The notes beneath the pieces are model-generated. The model was not told the DNA's origin. It ran no database searches and was given only the letters and a program-made list of their open reading frames with translations. A stretch of DNA of 64,000 nucleotides from an uncultured virus (IMG/VR IMGVR_UViG_3300005837_002722) (lineage: Duplodnaviria > Heunggongvirae > Uroviricota > Caudoviricetes), in the IMG/VR virus record IMGVR_UViG_3300005837_002722, one strand, 5' to 3'. The translations under genes and the position numbers were made by a program. This document shows, in pieces, positions 1 to 10,272 of this stretch (within the stretch, counting starts at the first letter, position 1; every line of letters starts with the position of its first letter).

Positions 1-332
1 CCACTTGTAACTGGTGTCTTGGCAAAGTCATGTGCTAACATGGGTTTGAATGCAGTAAATGAATCAATATCTGCAAGGTTTTCAAAATATTCTTTGTCTG
101 CTTTTTTGGTCCATTCTGCACTTGCTTCTGCTTGTGCTTGTGTTAGTGCAGTTGTAGCATTTGATCTACCAACATTCTTTGCTTCACACATGTTCCATTC
201 TGATGTGACCTTTTGTCCATCTACCAGACCAGCAATTGTTCTTGTGCCAGCAACATCATCACTGTCATGACCAACTTCAATTGTCCAAATTCTTACTTTA
301 CCTTTGGTATCTCTTTTGTAGAGACTTGCCAT
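1..332 (-). CDS. ATP-dependent DNA ligase, N-terminal part (runs off the window edge)
   Basis: Not in the ORF track. Manual translation from ATG at 332: MASLYKRDTKGKVRIWTIEV...EAKNVGRSNATT...FKPMLAHDF, typical of phage ATP-dependent ligase N-termini. Confidence 0.75.
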   Translation of the reverse strand, partial: MASLYKRDTKGKVRIWTIEVGHDSDDVAGTRTIAGLVDGQKVTSEWNMCEAKNVGRSNATTALTQAQAEASAEWTKKADKEYFENLADIDSFTAFKPMLAHDFAKTPVTS

Positions 333-333
333 A

Positions 334-582
334 CTATTGATTGTTTTCATTACTACTCCATTCAAAATTAGGATCGTTGTTGATCAATACCCAACGACCA
401 TCAAATCCCTTGTTGTGTTTAGGACCTTCTGTTCGATCAAAACTACGCAACTGCATTGCAGGCTGTCCTTGAAAACGACCCGTACTTACAACCAACCAGG
501 GATTACCATGTTGATTGATACGATTTTTACCATGTCGAGTCTTACCTGTCAATGTTACCCACGTTGCTTTTTGAATATCCAT
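334..582 (-). CDS. hypothetical phage protein
   Basis: ORF packed in tandem with neighbours. Confidence 0.55.
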   Translation of the reverse strand: MDIQKATWVTLTGKTRHGKNRINQHGNPWLVVSTGRFQGQPAMQLRSFDRTEGPKHNKGFDGRWVLINNDPNFEWSSNENNQ

Positions 583-792
583 TTTACTACCTTTGTAGGA
601 TCTGCATTATTAAAGATCTGTGCATCAATACCCAATTTACGAGCATACTTTTCTGCATCTTTTACAGTGTTAAAGTTTGGACCAATAGTTCCTGTTTGAC
701 TTGTGAATACTGAATACATTATATCAATGCTCCTATACAAATTGTTACAACTATCATTACCATAACTGAAATCCATACATCAATAGTTTTCA

Positions 793-1134
793 TTATGCAA
801 TTCCCTGTTCTTTAGCGGCCTTTTGAATTATTTGACTGAATGGTATTTCAACAATCTCTTCCATTCTATCCCAGTTACCAGCAAACCATTCGTTTGGCAA
901 AGGTAAATCATATTTTTTCAAACCCAATACTTTAAGGCTTTTACCTCTGTTACACAACCCATTGTTGAAGATATCATATACAACATTCTGTGCAATTCTG
1001 AACTTTTCTAGTGCAGGATTACCGTTAGCGTTCTTTACTTTGCCTTGCATTGGCAACAATTCAGTCAATTGCTCTTGCAAATGCTTAATATCGCTTCTAA
1101 CACCCCATTCTGTTGTAAATAATTCTAACTGCAT
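793..1134 (-). CDS. hypothetical protein (likely early gene)
   Basis: AAGGAG SD; directly downstream of a consensus sigma70 promoter. Confidence 0.65.
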   Translation of the reverse strand: MQLELFTTEWGVRSDIKHLQEQLTELLPMQGKVKNANGNPALEKFRIAQNVVYDIFNNGLCNRGKSLKVLGLKKYDLPLPNEWFAGNWDRMEEIVEIPFSQIIQKAAKEQGIA

Positions 1135-1162
1135 AACTACTCCTTTTTCTAACTATACATAT

Positions 1163-1191
1163 ACTATAGCAAGATATCATGCTTTTGTCAA
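1163..1191 (-). promoter_or_regulatory. sigma70-type early promoter
   Basis: TTGACA-17nt-TATAGT; near-identical cassette at ~34465-34483 and a related one at 37167-37195. Confidence 0.75.
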
Positions 1192-1236
1192 GAGAAAAGT
1201 TACCAAAAAATGCACTTTTTTTGCTTTTTTTACCTC

Positions 1237-2010
1237 TTATTTTTGGGGAGTTCTAAGGGATTTATTCTTCTTTTTTACTGCTCTGAGTACACTAAACTCT
1301 TTGTTGCCCATGTTTAGTACTGCTTCTACTTCTTTGGGGAAACATGCACCTCCGTAACCCAGTTCACCATCTGGGCCTGGCACTTGTGTATGTGATTCTC
1401 CTACACGGTAATCGTCACACATCATATTTCTTATCTGCATATAGTCAATATTGTGCAATTCGCATACCTGTTTGAGTTCGTTAAACCATACAACCTTTGA
1501 TGCAAGAAACGCATTGCGAGCCATTTTTTGAAATACAACTTCTTTTGCAGTTGCTTCTCTTACTGAGCAAAAAGGAATAATTGTTTTCCAAATCTTAGTC
1601 CAAAATTCAACATTAGTACCGCCCATGTGTGCTATTTCCTGACAGGCAAATTCTACTAGTGCATTGGCCTGTGTAAGATATTCGGGTGCATATGTTATGT
1701 CATGATGAGGAAATGTTGTTGATAATATGTCAACTATGTCAGGTGATACAGTTGATTTGATCAATATGGGCATACTAGGTTCAACATCGTTGATCACTTT
1801 TATCAAGTATTGTGGATCATAACCTCGTTTTTCTGTAGCAGGTGTTGGTACACATATGATACAACCATCTGCTCCTGGATAGTCACGCATAGTAACCTGT
1901 GCGGATATTTTAGGATCAACTGCGGCCACGTTAAATTCTTTAGCAAATGTTTCAAACACTGCTGATCCTACATGTCCAAATCCTGCAATTACAAACGTTC
2001 TTTTGTGCAT
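1237..2010 (-). CDS. UDP-glucose/GDP-mannose dehydrogenase family (short form, no C-terminal domain)
   Basis: GFGHVG Rossmann motif, ICVPTP, IKSTV, PEYL, K..N.FLASKV..FNEL, GYGGACFPK. Confidence 0.85.
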   Translation of the reverse strand: MHKRTFVIAGFGHVGSAVFETFAKEFNVAAVDPKISAQVTMRDYPGADGCIICVPTPATEKRGYDPQYLIKVINDVEPSMPILIKSTVSPDIVDILSTTFPHHDITYAPEYLTQANALVEFACQEIAHMGGTNVEFWTKIWKTIIPFCSVREATAKEVVFQKMARNAFLASKVVWFNELKQVCELHNIDYMQIRNMMCDDYRVGESHTQVPGPDGELGYGGACFPKEVEAVLNMGNKEFSVLRAVKKKNKSLRTPQK

Positions 2011-3257
2011 TAAGGCCTCTTAAATATTAAACAACAATTTATTCCACCAAATGCAAATGAATTACTCATAGCATATTCTGTATTTAATTTAATATTTTCG
2101 TTTGGTCTTTGAATTGTTGATTCTGTGCTTGGTTCTTCCAAGTTTAGTGTGCCTGGATATCTATTCCAACGCAATCCTTCTACAGTAACAATTGCTTCTA
2201 CTACGCCTGCGGCACCTAGTAGGTGTCCCATATGACTTTTAGTTGAACTTACTACAGTGTCTGGATCGTGAAATACATTTTCAATAGCACGAAGTTCTGC
2301 ATCATCTCCTAGTGGTGTTGATGTTGCATGAGCATTAATATATCCTACATGTCCTGGTTTAATTTCTGCACTTTCTAGTGCTGAACGCATAGCACGTTGT
2401 TGACCTTCACCTTGTTCATTTGGTGTTGTGTAGTGATGTGCATCTGAACTTTGTCCTATACCTACAATTTCTGCAAGTACGTTAGCACCACGTTCTTTGG
2501 CTGATGTTGCTGTTTCTATAACAATTGCACCAGCACCTTCACCCATTACAAATCCATCACGCTGTTTGTCCCAAGGACGACTAGCACGTTGAGGTTCATC
2601 TGTCCATGCTGAACTTAATGCTTTCATAGCACCAAAGCCTGCAATACCAAGTTCTGTAATAGCGGCTTCTGCACCACCTGCAATAACACAGTCTGCTTCA
2701 CCTAATTGTATCATTCTAACTGCATTTACAATTGATTGAGCACTTGTAGCACATGCGGCCGCTGATGCCTGTTGTGGGCCTTTTATTCCCCAGTGTTGTG
2801 AAATATGTCCACCTGCTAGATTGATCAGTGCCATGGGCAACCAAAAAGGTGAAAACTTTTTGTAACTGCCTTCTTTGAATCCATTCGAGGCTGTATAGTA
2901 TGTAGCAAGTCCACCAACACCTGATCCTATTGCTAGTCCAATACGATTAGCGTCAAAGTGTGTTAAACAGTTACTTTGCTCTACAGCCTGTTCAAAAGCG
3001 TCAAACATAAACAACATAAAACGATCAAACATTCTATGTTTCTTTTCTGGAAATATTCTAGTGCTATCCCAATGCTCACTTATTTGTGCGGCATAGTGTG
3101 TTTTAGCATTTACTAGACTAGGACCAGGTTGTTGTATACGTCTTACACCTGATTTATTTTCGATAACGCCATTATAGGTTAATTGTGTTGTACAACCCAA
3201 AGGTGTGACACAACCACTGCCTGTAATGACAATGCTATCTTCTACGAGTTTTTTCAA
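2010..3257 (-). CDS. fabF: beta-ketoacyl-ACP synthase II
   Basis: Cys-His-His triad (AAACATS, INAHATSTPLGD, KSHMGHLLGAAG), SRPWDKQRDGFVMGEGAG, SNSFAFGG; probable TTG start at 3257 after AAGGAG. Confidence 0.92.
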   Translation of the reverse strand: MKKLVEDSIVITGSGCVTPLGCTTQLTYNGVIENKSGVRRIQQPGPSLVNAKTHYAAQISEHWDSTRIFPEKKHRMFDRFMLFMFDAFEQAVEQSNCLTHFDANRIGLAIGSGVGGLATYYTASNGFKEGSYKKFSPFWLPMALINLAGGHISQHWGIKGPQQASAAACATSAQSIVNAVRMIQLGEADCVIAGGAEAAITELGIAGFGAMKALSSAWTDEPQRASRPWDKQRDGFVMGEGAGAIVIETATSAKERGANVLAEIVGIGQSSDAHHYTTPNEQGEGQQRAMRSALESAEIKPGHVGYINAHATSTPLGDDAELRAIENVFHDPDTVVSSTKSHMGHLLGAAGVVEAIVTVEGLRWNRYPGTLNLEEPSTESTIQRPNENIKLNTEYAMSNSFAFGGINCCLIFKRP

Positions 3258-3401
3258 GATTTCTATTCTCCTTGACCCATTTTGTACTGCATGTAGCACC
3301 ACAAAAGATCTGTTTCATTGATACTTCCCAAAACTGCGGGTCAGCATAGTACTTAACATCTTCTACAGTTTTACCACAAACACGGCATAATAATTGCATA
3401 T

Positions 3402-3572
3402 TTAGAGCCATAATAGTCCCCAACCATGGTTTTGTATAGCATTTAATATAATAGCCAAACAAGTAATAATGTGCAGTATAATCCACACAGTACGGATAAT
3501 CGCAACTCTATCTGCTTTGTCGTCTTCGTCATAGGCTTTAGTTCCAATGGCCTTGCACCAGTATTCCCACAC
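3402..3572 (-). CDS. small membrane protein, hypothetical
   Basis: GTG-start WEYWCKAIG...; one hydrophobic helix. Confidence 0.5.
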   Translation of the reverse strand: MWEYWCKAIGTKAYDEDDKADRVAIIRTVWIILHIITCLAIILNAIQNHGWGLLWL

Positions 3573-3853
3573 TACCACCAACCTGCGGCAATGCCATAAC
3601 CAAATACATTTACACAAGCAAAGTAACCTGTTAGCAGTGTAACCCATGCGGCACCACGTCTAATACAGGCATAAAATTGTGTAATTGAGCCAATAAAAAA
3701 TCCTGGATATACATGCAACATGTTAGGATCTCGTGCGGTAAATGCAAGTGTTAAACTTGCACCCACTGTAAAAATAAAACTTACTAATTCAAAATAAAAA
3801 GCAATCTTGTCAGACTTGTAACTGTCTACCCAAAACTTTTTAATCTTCTCCAT
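3572..3853 (-). CDS. hypothetical membrane protein (about 3 TM)
   Basis: hydrophobic ORF translationally coupled to neighbours. Confidence 0.6.
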   Translation of the reverse strand: MEKIKKFWVDSYKSDKIAFYFELVSFIFTVGASLTLAFTARDPNMLHVYPGFFIGSITQFYACIRRGAAWVTLLTGYFACVNVFGYGIAAGWW

Positions 3854-4247
3854 CTGCGTCCTTTCCGCTTAAACATATCTTTTCGATAAGTTTGTATTCA
3901 TTATAAGCATTCTTTAATGCTTCATATTTGTCTAATGTCTCTTGCGAAGGTTTGTTGGTTAGAACACCGAGATGACGTTCAATAGTATCCAGTCTTTCGT
4001 TAATAGCCATTAAATTTCCACCTCTCGATTCCTCTGTAGGAAATACAATATTATCGAGAGTACTATCAGTACCGATTGTGATAGTGTTAGTATCATATGT
4101 AGATATGTACTGTCCTGTTCCTGTGTAGTCTTGTGTCCATGCATCATTGATTTTGAACACCGAGTCAAACGATCCTTCTGCATCCATTTGCTCTATTGAC
4201 TCTTCAAATTCTTCTTGTAGTGATTTTTCATTGCCCATTTCGTACAC
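3840..4247 (-). CDS. hypothetical phage protein
   Basis: acidic ORF in operon. Confidence 0.55.
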   Translation of the reverse strand: MYEMGNEKSLQEEFEESIEQMDAEGSFDSVFKINDAWTQDYTGTGQYISTYDTNTITIGTDSTLDNIVFPTEESRGGNLMAINERLDTIERHLGVLTNKPSQETLDKYEALKNAYNEYKLIEKICLSGKDADGED

Positions 4248-5157
4248 CCTCTAGTTCAATAAGTGTCGCACTTAAATTGATCTCAGGGTCTGCAATTTGT
4301 CCATGCTTGACCAAGCCATTACGGATAATGATGATTGCTTCATCTTGTTTGTCTTCTGTGTCACCCCAAAAGTCCAAGTTACGATACATAAAACGGAATA
4401 TGTCTTCATATTCTTCAAGGCTTGCTTGACTACAAATAAGTTTACGAGCCTCTTTGTATTTGCCATCACGGAACAGTGCTACCATTTGTAGTCTATAGTC
4501 TGCTTCGTTAGCATCATCTTTGTTTGGTGCATGTAGTTTGCTGTCTGCTACACACATTTGTATTGAATTAATTGTTTTACGCAAGTCTGGATAGTTTGCT
4601 TTTACAAATACTTCTAGTGTTGGCATATCAAACTCAACACCTTCTTCTGCAAGTATTTGTCCTGCACGAACAGTAAACTCTGTTTGATCCAGTGTTTGAA
4701 TATGAAAGCCTTGTGTTCTTGAATGAATTGCAGGAATAATTTTGTTTGGAAAGTTACAAGTAAGAATGAAACGCAATGTTTCATGATACTCTTCCATAAT
4801 ACCTCTGAGGATTGCTTGTCCGTTTTGCGAAATATAATCTGCTTCATCTAGTAAGATAATTTTATAATCACCAAACGGCATAGTTTGTCCAAAGTTAGTG
4901 ATCTTCTGTCTCATTAGATCAACGCCGTTATCTCTACTAGCATTGATCTGCATAAAGTCTGCATCATCACATTCTAGTTCATTTTTAAGCACCTTGGCCA
5001 GTGTTGTTTTACCTGTACCTGGACCGCCACTCAACAACAAGTGTGGAATACTTTTATCAGTTACCCACGTTTGTACTTGACGCTTTTGTGCTTCATCACG
5101 CCATACATAGTCTTTGATGCCCGTCGGACGATACTTTTCTACCCATAGTTCTTTCAT
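4228..5157 (-). CDS. sliding-clamp loader AAA+ subunit (RFC-small / T4 gp44-like)
   Basis: LWVEKYRP RFC box, GGPGTGKTT Walker A, INASRD, ILLDEAD Walker B, IHSR arginine finger. Confidence 0.92.
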   Translation of the reverse strand: MKELWVEKYRPTGIKDYVWRDEAQKRQVQTWVTDKSIPHLLLSGGPGTGKTTLAKVLKNELECDDADFMQINASRDNGVDLMRQKITNFGQTMPFGDYKIILLDEADYISQNGQAILRGIMEEYHETLRFILTCNFPNKIIPAIHSRTQGFHIQTLDQTEFTVRAGQILAEEGVEFDMPTLEVFVKANYPDLRKTINSIQMCVADSKLHAPNKDDANEADYRLQMVALFRDGKYKEARKLICSQASLEEYEDIFRFMYRNLDFWGDTEDKQDEAIIIIRNGLVKHGQIADPEINLSATLIELEGVRNGQ

Positions 5158-5640
5158 TATGCAAACCTATCTATTAGTGCAATTACTGTTTGATAACCCA
5201 TCCATAAAAATACGCATGAGATACAAAACTTTAAAAACTTGTTCATACCATCATCAGCCATTACTTCCCATTGTGGCCTTGTGTCTGGTTTTCTGTTCCA
5301 TGGTAGTTTCATTGTCATCTCCCTAAAAATCTCTTAGCCGCATTGATAGGATTTTTCAAACTTTCATATGTTTCATCGATGAATCCTATATGTTTATTAA
5401 GTTTAACACTTAATTGATCTACTGTCAACTGTAGACTTTGCATCTGTTCATTTAATTTTTTGATCTCTTCTAATAGTTCTTTATTAGTCGTCATCTTCCA
5501 CTCTCGTAATATGTTGATAATCTAAATACTGTGAACACCATTCATAGAACGCACTGTCTTTGTCTGGCCAACATTCTGCGAATACTTTATCTGTCTTACG
5601 CATTTCTCTGTATTCTTTTCTGACCTGTGCTTCTGTTAGT

Positions 5641-6057
5641 TTACTCGTCACGCAATGCTTTCTTTTCTAGGCTCATTTTGTCTTTGAGGCTCATTATGTA
5701 TGCGGCCGCACCAAGCAATACAATAGCACCTGCTTCGGCGATCAACATCCAAGGATCTGCTTCTTTTGAATGCAGTACAATTAATCTACACAAGGCAGTC
5801 ATTGCAATAATAATAGGAAGTGTTACAGGTATTCTGTTGCTGATATAAAAAGCACCAACCATACCTACAATCTCTGCATAGATAAACAACAAGAACAAGT
5901 CACCTAGTTGTACATCCATGTTGACAACCATTTTGTATATGTCCATGCCAGCGGCGAACATTGTTAGTGCGCCAATAACTGCCAATAGTAATTTTTCACT
6001 GTAGAATGTTGTCCAGTGTAGTCCTTTGTCTAGTTTTAGTCGTTTATTCATATTCAT
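5641..6057 (-). CDS. psiE: phosphate-starvation-inducible PsiE family membrane protein
   Basis: LGDLFLLFIYAEIVGMV...RIPVTLPIIIAMTALCRLIVL; 4 TM. Confidence 0.8.
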   Translation of the reverse strand: MNMNKRLKLDKGLHWTTFYSEKLLLAVIGALTMFAAGMDIYKMVVNMDVQLGDLFLLFIYAEIVGMVGAFYISNRIPVTLPIIIAMTALCRLIVLHSKEADPWMLIAEAGAIVLLGAAAYIMSLKDKMSLEKKALRDE

Positions 6058-6302
6058 AACAGCCTTCCGCCCGAGTACATTTTAAATTGTAGTGCCTGTT
6101 CTTGTGTATCAAAGTACCAACAGTAATCATCTCTATCCCAATCATCACCTATGCTTTGTACTTCGTAGTCAAGTCCAATGGCATTCAAATACAACAAATA
6201 ACGTTCGTAATTTGAATCTTCCCAGCCTGATGAACCACGTGGTTCTGTTGTTAGCACTCTATACTTCACGTGCATAAAACCTATCCCTTTGTCCAAAAAC
6301 AC
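6054..6302 (-). CDS. hypothetical protein (F..EQAL.FK paralog family)
   Basis: C-terminal motif shared with 14829-15080 and 63487-63771. Confidence 0.55.
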   Translation of the reverse strand: MFLDKGIGFMHVKYRVLTTEPRGSSGWEDSNYERYLLYLNAIGLDYEVQSIGDDWDRDDYCWYFDTQEQALQFKMYSGGRLL

Positions 6303-6450
6303 TGCCGTATCTTTTAACAGTTATTGCAACTGCCTGTTCTGGACTATATGCTGGTACAAGATCAATGTACCTATGTTTCCAATGTACACTGTAGTATCTG
6401 ATATATTGCTTCTTATTATACTGCCGTTTTTTCGGTTTGTCAAGCATTTA

Positions 6451-6861
6451 CTACTCCCTGTCACAAACCCTCTTTCGTAAATCGCTTGACGAGAATCTAT
6501 GATCTCGTTTGTTAAAATGTAGAGCAATATCACGTTGACGACATATATCTTTGCCTGTGAACTCTTTGTCTCTATATTCTTCACCAAGAATTCTTACTTG
6601 TATGTCATACATTTCTAGTATATCTTCTACATCTTTTTCTGTGCAGTATGGAATAATTTCATCTACATAACTAACGGCTTTTAGTTGTGTGTAACGTTCA
6701 ACGATTGTTTGTACAGGTGAATTCTTCTCGGCTCTGTCAATGCTCGGATCTACTTGTAACCCGCAAATCAAATAATCGCACTGTGCTTTTGCTTCACGCA
6801 ACATGCTTACATGTCCTGCGTGTAGTAAATCAAAAGTACTAAATGTAATACCTACTCGCAT
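6451..6861 (-). CDS. glycerol-3-phosphate cytidylyltransferase-like (TagD family)
   Basis: FDLLHAGH (HxGH), ER...L.A..YVDE, FSSSDLR. Confidence 0.88.
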   Translation of the reverse strand: MRVGITFSTFDLLHAGHVSMLREAKAQCDYLICGLQVDPSIDRAEKNSPVQTIVERYTQLKAVSYVDEIIPYCTEKDVEDILEMYDIQVRILGEEYRDKEFTGKDICRQRDIALHFNKRDHRFSSSDLRKRVCDRE

Positions 6862-7030
6862 TTTAAAATTCTTTCTACTAGTTCGGCATTGGTTGCTTTT
6901 AGTTTTTTGATCTTGGCTCTTGCTCTACTGTTCACTGCTTCTACATCTGTGTCTAGAGGCATAAGTTCTACATCCATTGTAAACTCTGATGCTGAACAAT
7001 CAATTTCAACAAGGCCTTTTTCAAATACTG

Positions 7031-7393
7031 TCATTTTTTCTTCTTCCCATGTGGTGATGGTTTACCATCTGGTCCTATATTCACAAAAACTATTCTGTCT
7101 ACACTGGTAATAGTTTTTCCGGACCTCTTGTTTCTAACATCACAACGAATAGTAATGCTAGTGTGTCCCATTGCAACAGTTTCCATTCCAATTTCAATTA
7201 TATCACCACGTATGGCACTGTGTTTGAAATCAATGTTACTCATGCTACGGGTAACAACTCTATCGTTTTCAAGTTGACAACTACAATAGATATATGCTTC
7301 TTCGTCAATCCAATCCAACACACGACCACCAAACAGTGTGCCATTACTGTTGAGGTCTTTGTGTGCAATCATTTTACGAGTAAAGTATTTCAT
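7031..7393 (-). CDS. acyl-CoA thioesterase (hotdog fold, YciA-like)
   Basis: DLNSNGTLFGG..L.WIDE, VVT....IDF, GHTSI. Confidence 0.88.
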   Translation of the reverse strand: MKYFTRKMIAHKDLNSNGTLFGGRVLDWIDEEAYIYCSCQLENDRVVTRSMSNIDFKHSAIRGDIIEIGMETVAMGHTSITIRCDVRNKRSGKTITSVDRIVFVNIGPDGKPSPHGKKKK

Positions 7394-7544
7394 TCTTTTA
7401 TATTTTTCTTGTGAGGTTTACTCACCCAATCAAATTCATTTGGATTATTATTACGCCATTCTCTTTCTTTATACCATGTATAACCAAAATGCCAACCTGC
7501 ACCTGCTAGAATCAACAAAACAAATAGTATAAAGAAATCTAATA

Positions 7545-7802
7545 TCATATCTTAGATCCTTGTGGTACAACTGCTTCTTCAAGAAACTTTTTTAACTTTT
7601 TTTCTTGTACACATAACAATCTATCCATTTGATCTTTTGGACCAAACTGTAGGAATAGATGTTTTGTAATACTTTCACCATTCTGTTGCACATATGTTTT
7701 ACACTGTTCTACTGTATCAAATGCAGGTTTAGTAAACACATACACATTCTTTTCATCTCCGCTATAAATTACAGTCATTATAGCAACTAGAAACCATTTC
7801 AT
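7545..7802 (-). CDS. hypothetical secreted or membrane protein
   Basis: hydrophobic N-terminus; F...E.C...C pattern similar to 18449-18706. Confidence 0.55.
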   Translation of the reverse strand: MKWFLVAIMTVIYSGDEKNVYVFTKPAFDTVEQCKTYVQQNGESITKHLFLQFGPKDQMDRLLCVQEKKLKKFLEEAVVPQGSKI

Positions 7803-8413
7803 AAATCAAACTCCTCAAACATTTCTTCTATACTTAATCCTACATTAAAATTCTCTCTACGCATGTTTACTGTACGCACACTTAATACTATACGTGGAAA
7901 ATTTGGATCTGTCAAGTCTTTGGTAATTGTATTGTGTGGAACATCTGTACAAAACAAATAAGGCTTGTCTAGTACGCATTGTTCTCTAAGACCTGTTACA
8001 GCCGTTGGTTCAAACAAGTATGCACCCCCGTTGTTACTTGCAAATTCATCTGTTTGATCCATTTTAAAACCTGCTTCGTCTGGCTTTGAACCAGGCACCA
8101 TTGAATACCAACGATTATAATTGTTCTCACAGTTAATAACAGGAATGTTTAAACTTGTACGATAACCTTCATCTTCATGTATAACTGTGGTTGAATTAGC
8201 AGTTGTTACAAAAAATCTTGTGACTGCCATATTGCTACGAAACTTTTGTTCTATCCAACCGTAGAATTCTGGCAAATACTTTTTGAGATCAAACAGTTCA
8301 AGGTTCCAATTTTGTGGCCATTCTCTACCTGTACGCATTGCTTGTACTTCTGGTGAATTTAATATTACGTCATTGTCGTAATGTTCTAGTGCCATTTCTT
8401 TATAATAAATCAT
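7799..8413 (-). CDS. putative 2OG-Fe(II)/cupin oxygenase
   Basis: IHED (HxD) ... PHN ... RIVLSVR. Confidence 0.55.
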   Translation of the reverse strand: MIYYKEMALEHYDNDVILNSPEVQAMRTGREWPQNWNLELFDLKKYLPEFYGWIEQKFRSNMAVTRFFVTTANSTTVIHEDEGYRTSLNIPVINCENNYNRWYSMVPGSKPDEAGFKMDQTDEFASNNGGAYLFEPTAVTGLREQCVLDKPYLFCTDVPHNTITKDLTDPNFPRIVLSVRTVNMRRENFNVGLSIEEMFEEFDL

Positions 8414-9297
8414 GTATAGCGTACTCCTAATATTTTTGTGCTACCCCATGCTCTTGCTTTTTCTACAATAGGACTACGCACTAGATGTCCAACAACTCCA
8501 TATCCAAATGCACATCGAGGATTGTCTCTTTCGAATCCTAATGCTCGCATGTAGTTGTGATTTTGTGTCCACCATTCGTCAAAACGTTTGTTCCATTCAT
8601 CTCCATGTCCAATACCATAACTCCATCTTAGATGAAAGTCTGCACTGTATCTATGTTGTGGACGAATGTTGTCTTCTCCTACAACATCATCTCTATCTTT
8701 GATAACATCTAGTATTGGTTTACCTTTATGACAATAGTTGATGCATATTGCACCTGGTTTGCTTTGTGTTGTATAGCAATCCCAATCGCCGTCAACCATA
8801 TCATACATTGGTCTGTCTTTGATGTGTACAACAATACGTCCTGAACTTGGTCTGTTGGTTCTAGTTCCGTCTGGTTCTCTAATAACTAGATCTTCCCAAC
8901 GATGTATTAGTATGTTGTATTCTTCGATAGTGTCTTTGATTGCCTGCGGAGCAGTTTCATAAAACTCGTTAGGTTCATCATTTTCACCACGCATCAATTC
9001 AAAGTAATGATGCAGTTCGTTAGAATCTTGTTGGGTCATTGTAGACCCATCTACTTGAAAATCTATAAAATTTTTATATGTGTTTACTTTTTGAATGCAT
9101 CGATTGATGCGAGTAATAATTGACTGTTCAGACCATATTGTATTTAAATTGTACAGTCTGTCTGGTTGAGGAAGTTCAATGCCCTTGTCTATTTCATCAC
9201 GGAGTGCTTTCGCCCACTTGGCGCCAAGTTGCGTATCGTTTTCAACGAAATCAATCGTTGTCGTTTCGCCCTCTTTCTGTAGATCCAGATGAAACAT
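8410..9297 (-). CDS. hypothetical protein, paralog of 12799-13872
   Basis: LHHYFE, NILIHRWE and NYCHKGK motifs shared. Confidence 0.6.
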   Translation of the reverse strand: MFHLDLQKEGETTTIDFVENDTQLGAKWAKALRDEIDKGIELPQPDRLYNLNTIWSEQSIITRINRCIQKVNTYKNFIDFQVDGSTMTQQDSNELHHYFELMRGENDEPNEFYETAPQAIKDTIEEYNILIHRWEDLVIREPDGTRTNRPSSGRIVVHIKDRPMYDMVDGDWDCYTTQSKPGAICINYCHKGKPILDVIKDRDDVVGEDNIRPQHRYSADFHLRWSYGIGHGDEWNKRFDEWWTQNHNYMRALGFERDNPRCAFGYGVVGHLVRSPIVEKARAWGSTKILGVRYT

Positions 9298-9447
9298 CTC
9301 TGTCTTTCTTTAACTTCTCTTCCATGACATGACTCACATACCCATTCCAATTGTATGGATTTAGTATGATACCCATGTCGCTGAGTTCTTTACATGTATC
9401 GTCGTATTCTTTGTACCAACGTTTTATACTGCACCAAATGCGTTTTA

Positions 9448-9744
9448 TTACATTGGTGTTTCGTTTGACATCATTAGTACGCTTTTTTCTTCTATGGCGC
9501 ATAAGCCTGTTCCGTTTCCGATGCCACCAAACTCACGGCTCCAACGACCATGTTCTACTAGAATATAATCGCCTACTGCATAATCTTTAGTGTCATCATT
9601 GATTGAATGTACCCGAAACCAACGTGGTCTAATACCTCGTTCAGTTGCGTCATCATCCAGCATAATAATTCCGCCGGCAGTCGTCTTGTCGCCGCGGTCA
9701 ATAATTTCACCTATTACTCGTCCTCGCAATGGTCTTATTTTCAT
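9448..9744 (-). CDS. groES: co-chaperonin GroES-like
   Basis: MKIRPLRGRV...KTTAGGIIM mobile loop, VGD. Confidence 0.8.
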   Translation of the reverse strand: MKIRPLRGRVIGEIIDRGDKTTAGGIIMLDDDATERGIRPRWFRVHSINDDTKDYAVGDYILVEHGRWSREFGGIGNGTGLCAIEEKSVLMMSNETPM

Positions 9745-9747
9745 TGT

Positions 9748-10272
9748 TTACTCCACTGGTAATTCTTCCATAGAACCATCACCGTATTCTACTTCACGAT
9801 ACTTGGTTCCATCTTCACGTTCGCGAATAGTTTCGCTAACAATTTCACTTGCACTTGCTTCTGGTGCTTGTGGTTCAACTGGCTCTGGACGACCTTTTGT
9901 TTTTTCGTCTAGTTGCACAGGTTGACCAAGTCCTGCTTCTTTTGCAAGTTCTTGTTCTTTTGCTTTGTCATGTGCCTGTTTGGCCGCACGATCTCTTGCT
10001 TCTTGTGCCTTCTTTGCTTTTATGTCTTCAGCACTTGCTTTGGCCATTTCATCTGGATCTTGCTTGATGCTGACTTCTTTAACTGCATTAGGATTGTTTG
10101 CATAATAAGCATCAGTCACTTTGTTTTTAGGTATAAGTATTTTTCCGCCTTCACCTAGTACGTCACCACGAGCATTCATGTTAGCATTGCCAACTGCAAT
10201 CTCTTCTTGGTTAGCGTCATACAGTGCCTGCATGTTTAACACTTTACCTTTTTGTGTCTTTACTTGTTTCAT
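9748..10272 (-). CDS. hypothetical phage protein
   Basis: AVGNANMNARGDVLG motif; charged C-terminus. Confidence 0.6.
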   Translation of the reverse strand: MKQVKTQKGKVLNMQALYDANQEEIAVGNANMNARGDVLGEGGKILIPKNKVTDAYYANNPNAVKEVSIKQDPDEMAKASAEDIKAKKAQEARDRAAKQAHDKAKEQELAKEAGLGQPVQLDEKTKGRPEPVEPQAPEASASEIVSETIREREDGTKYREVEYGDGSMEELPVE

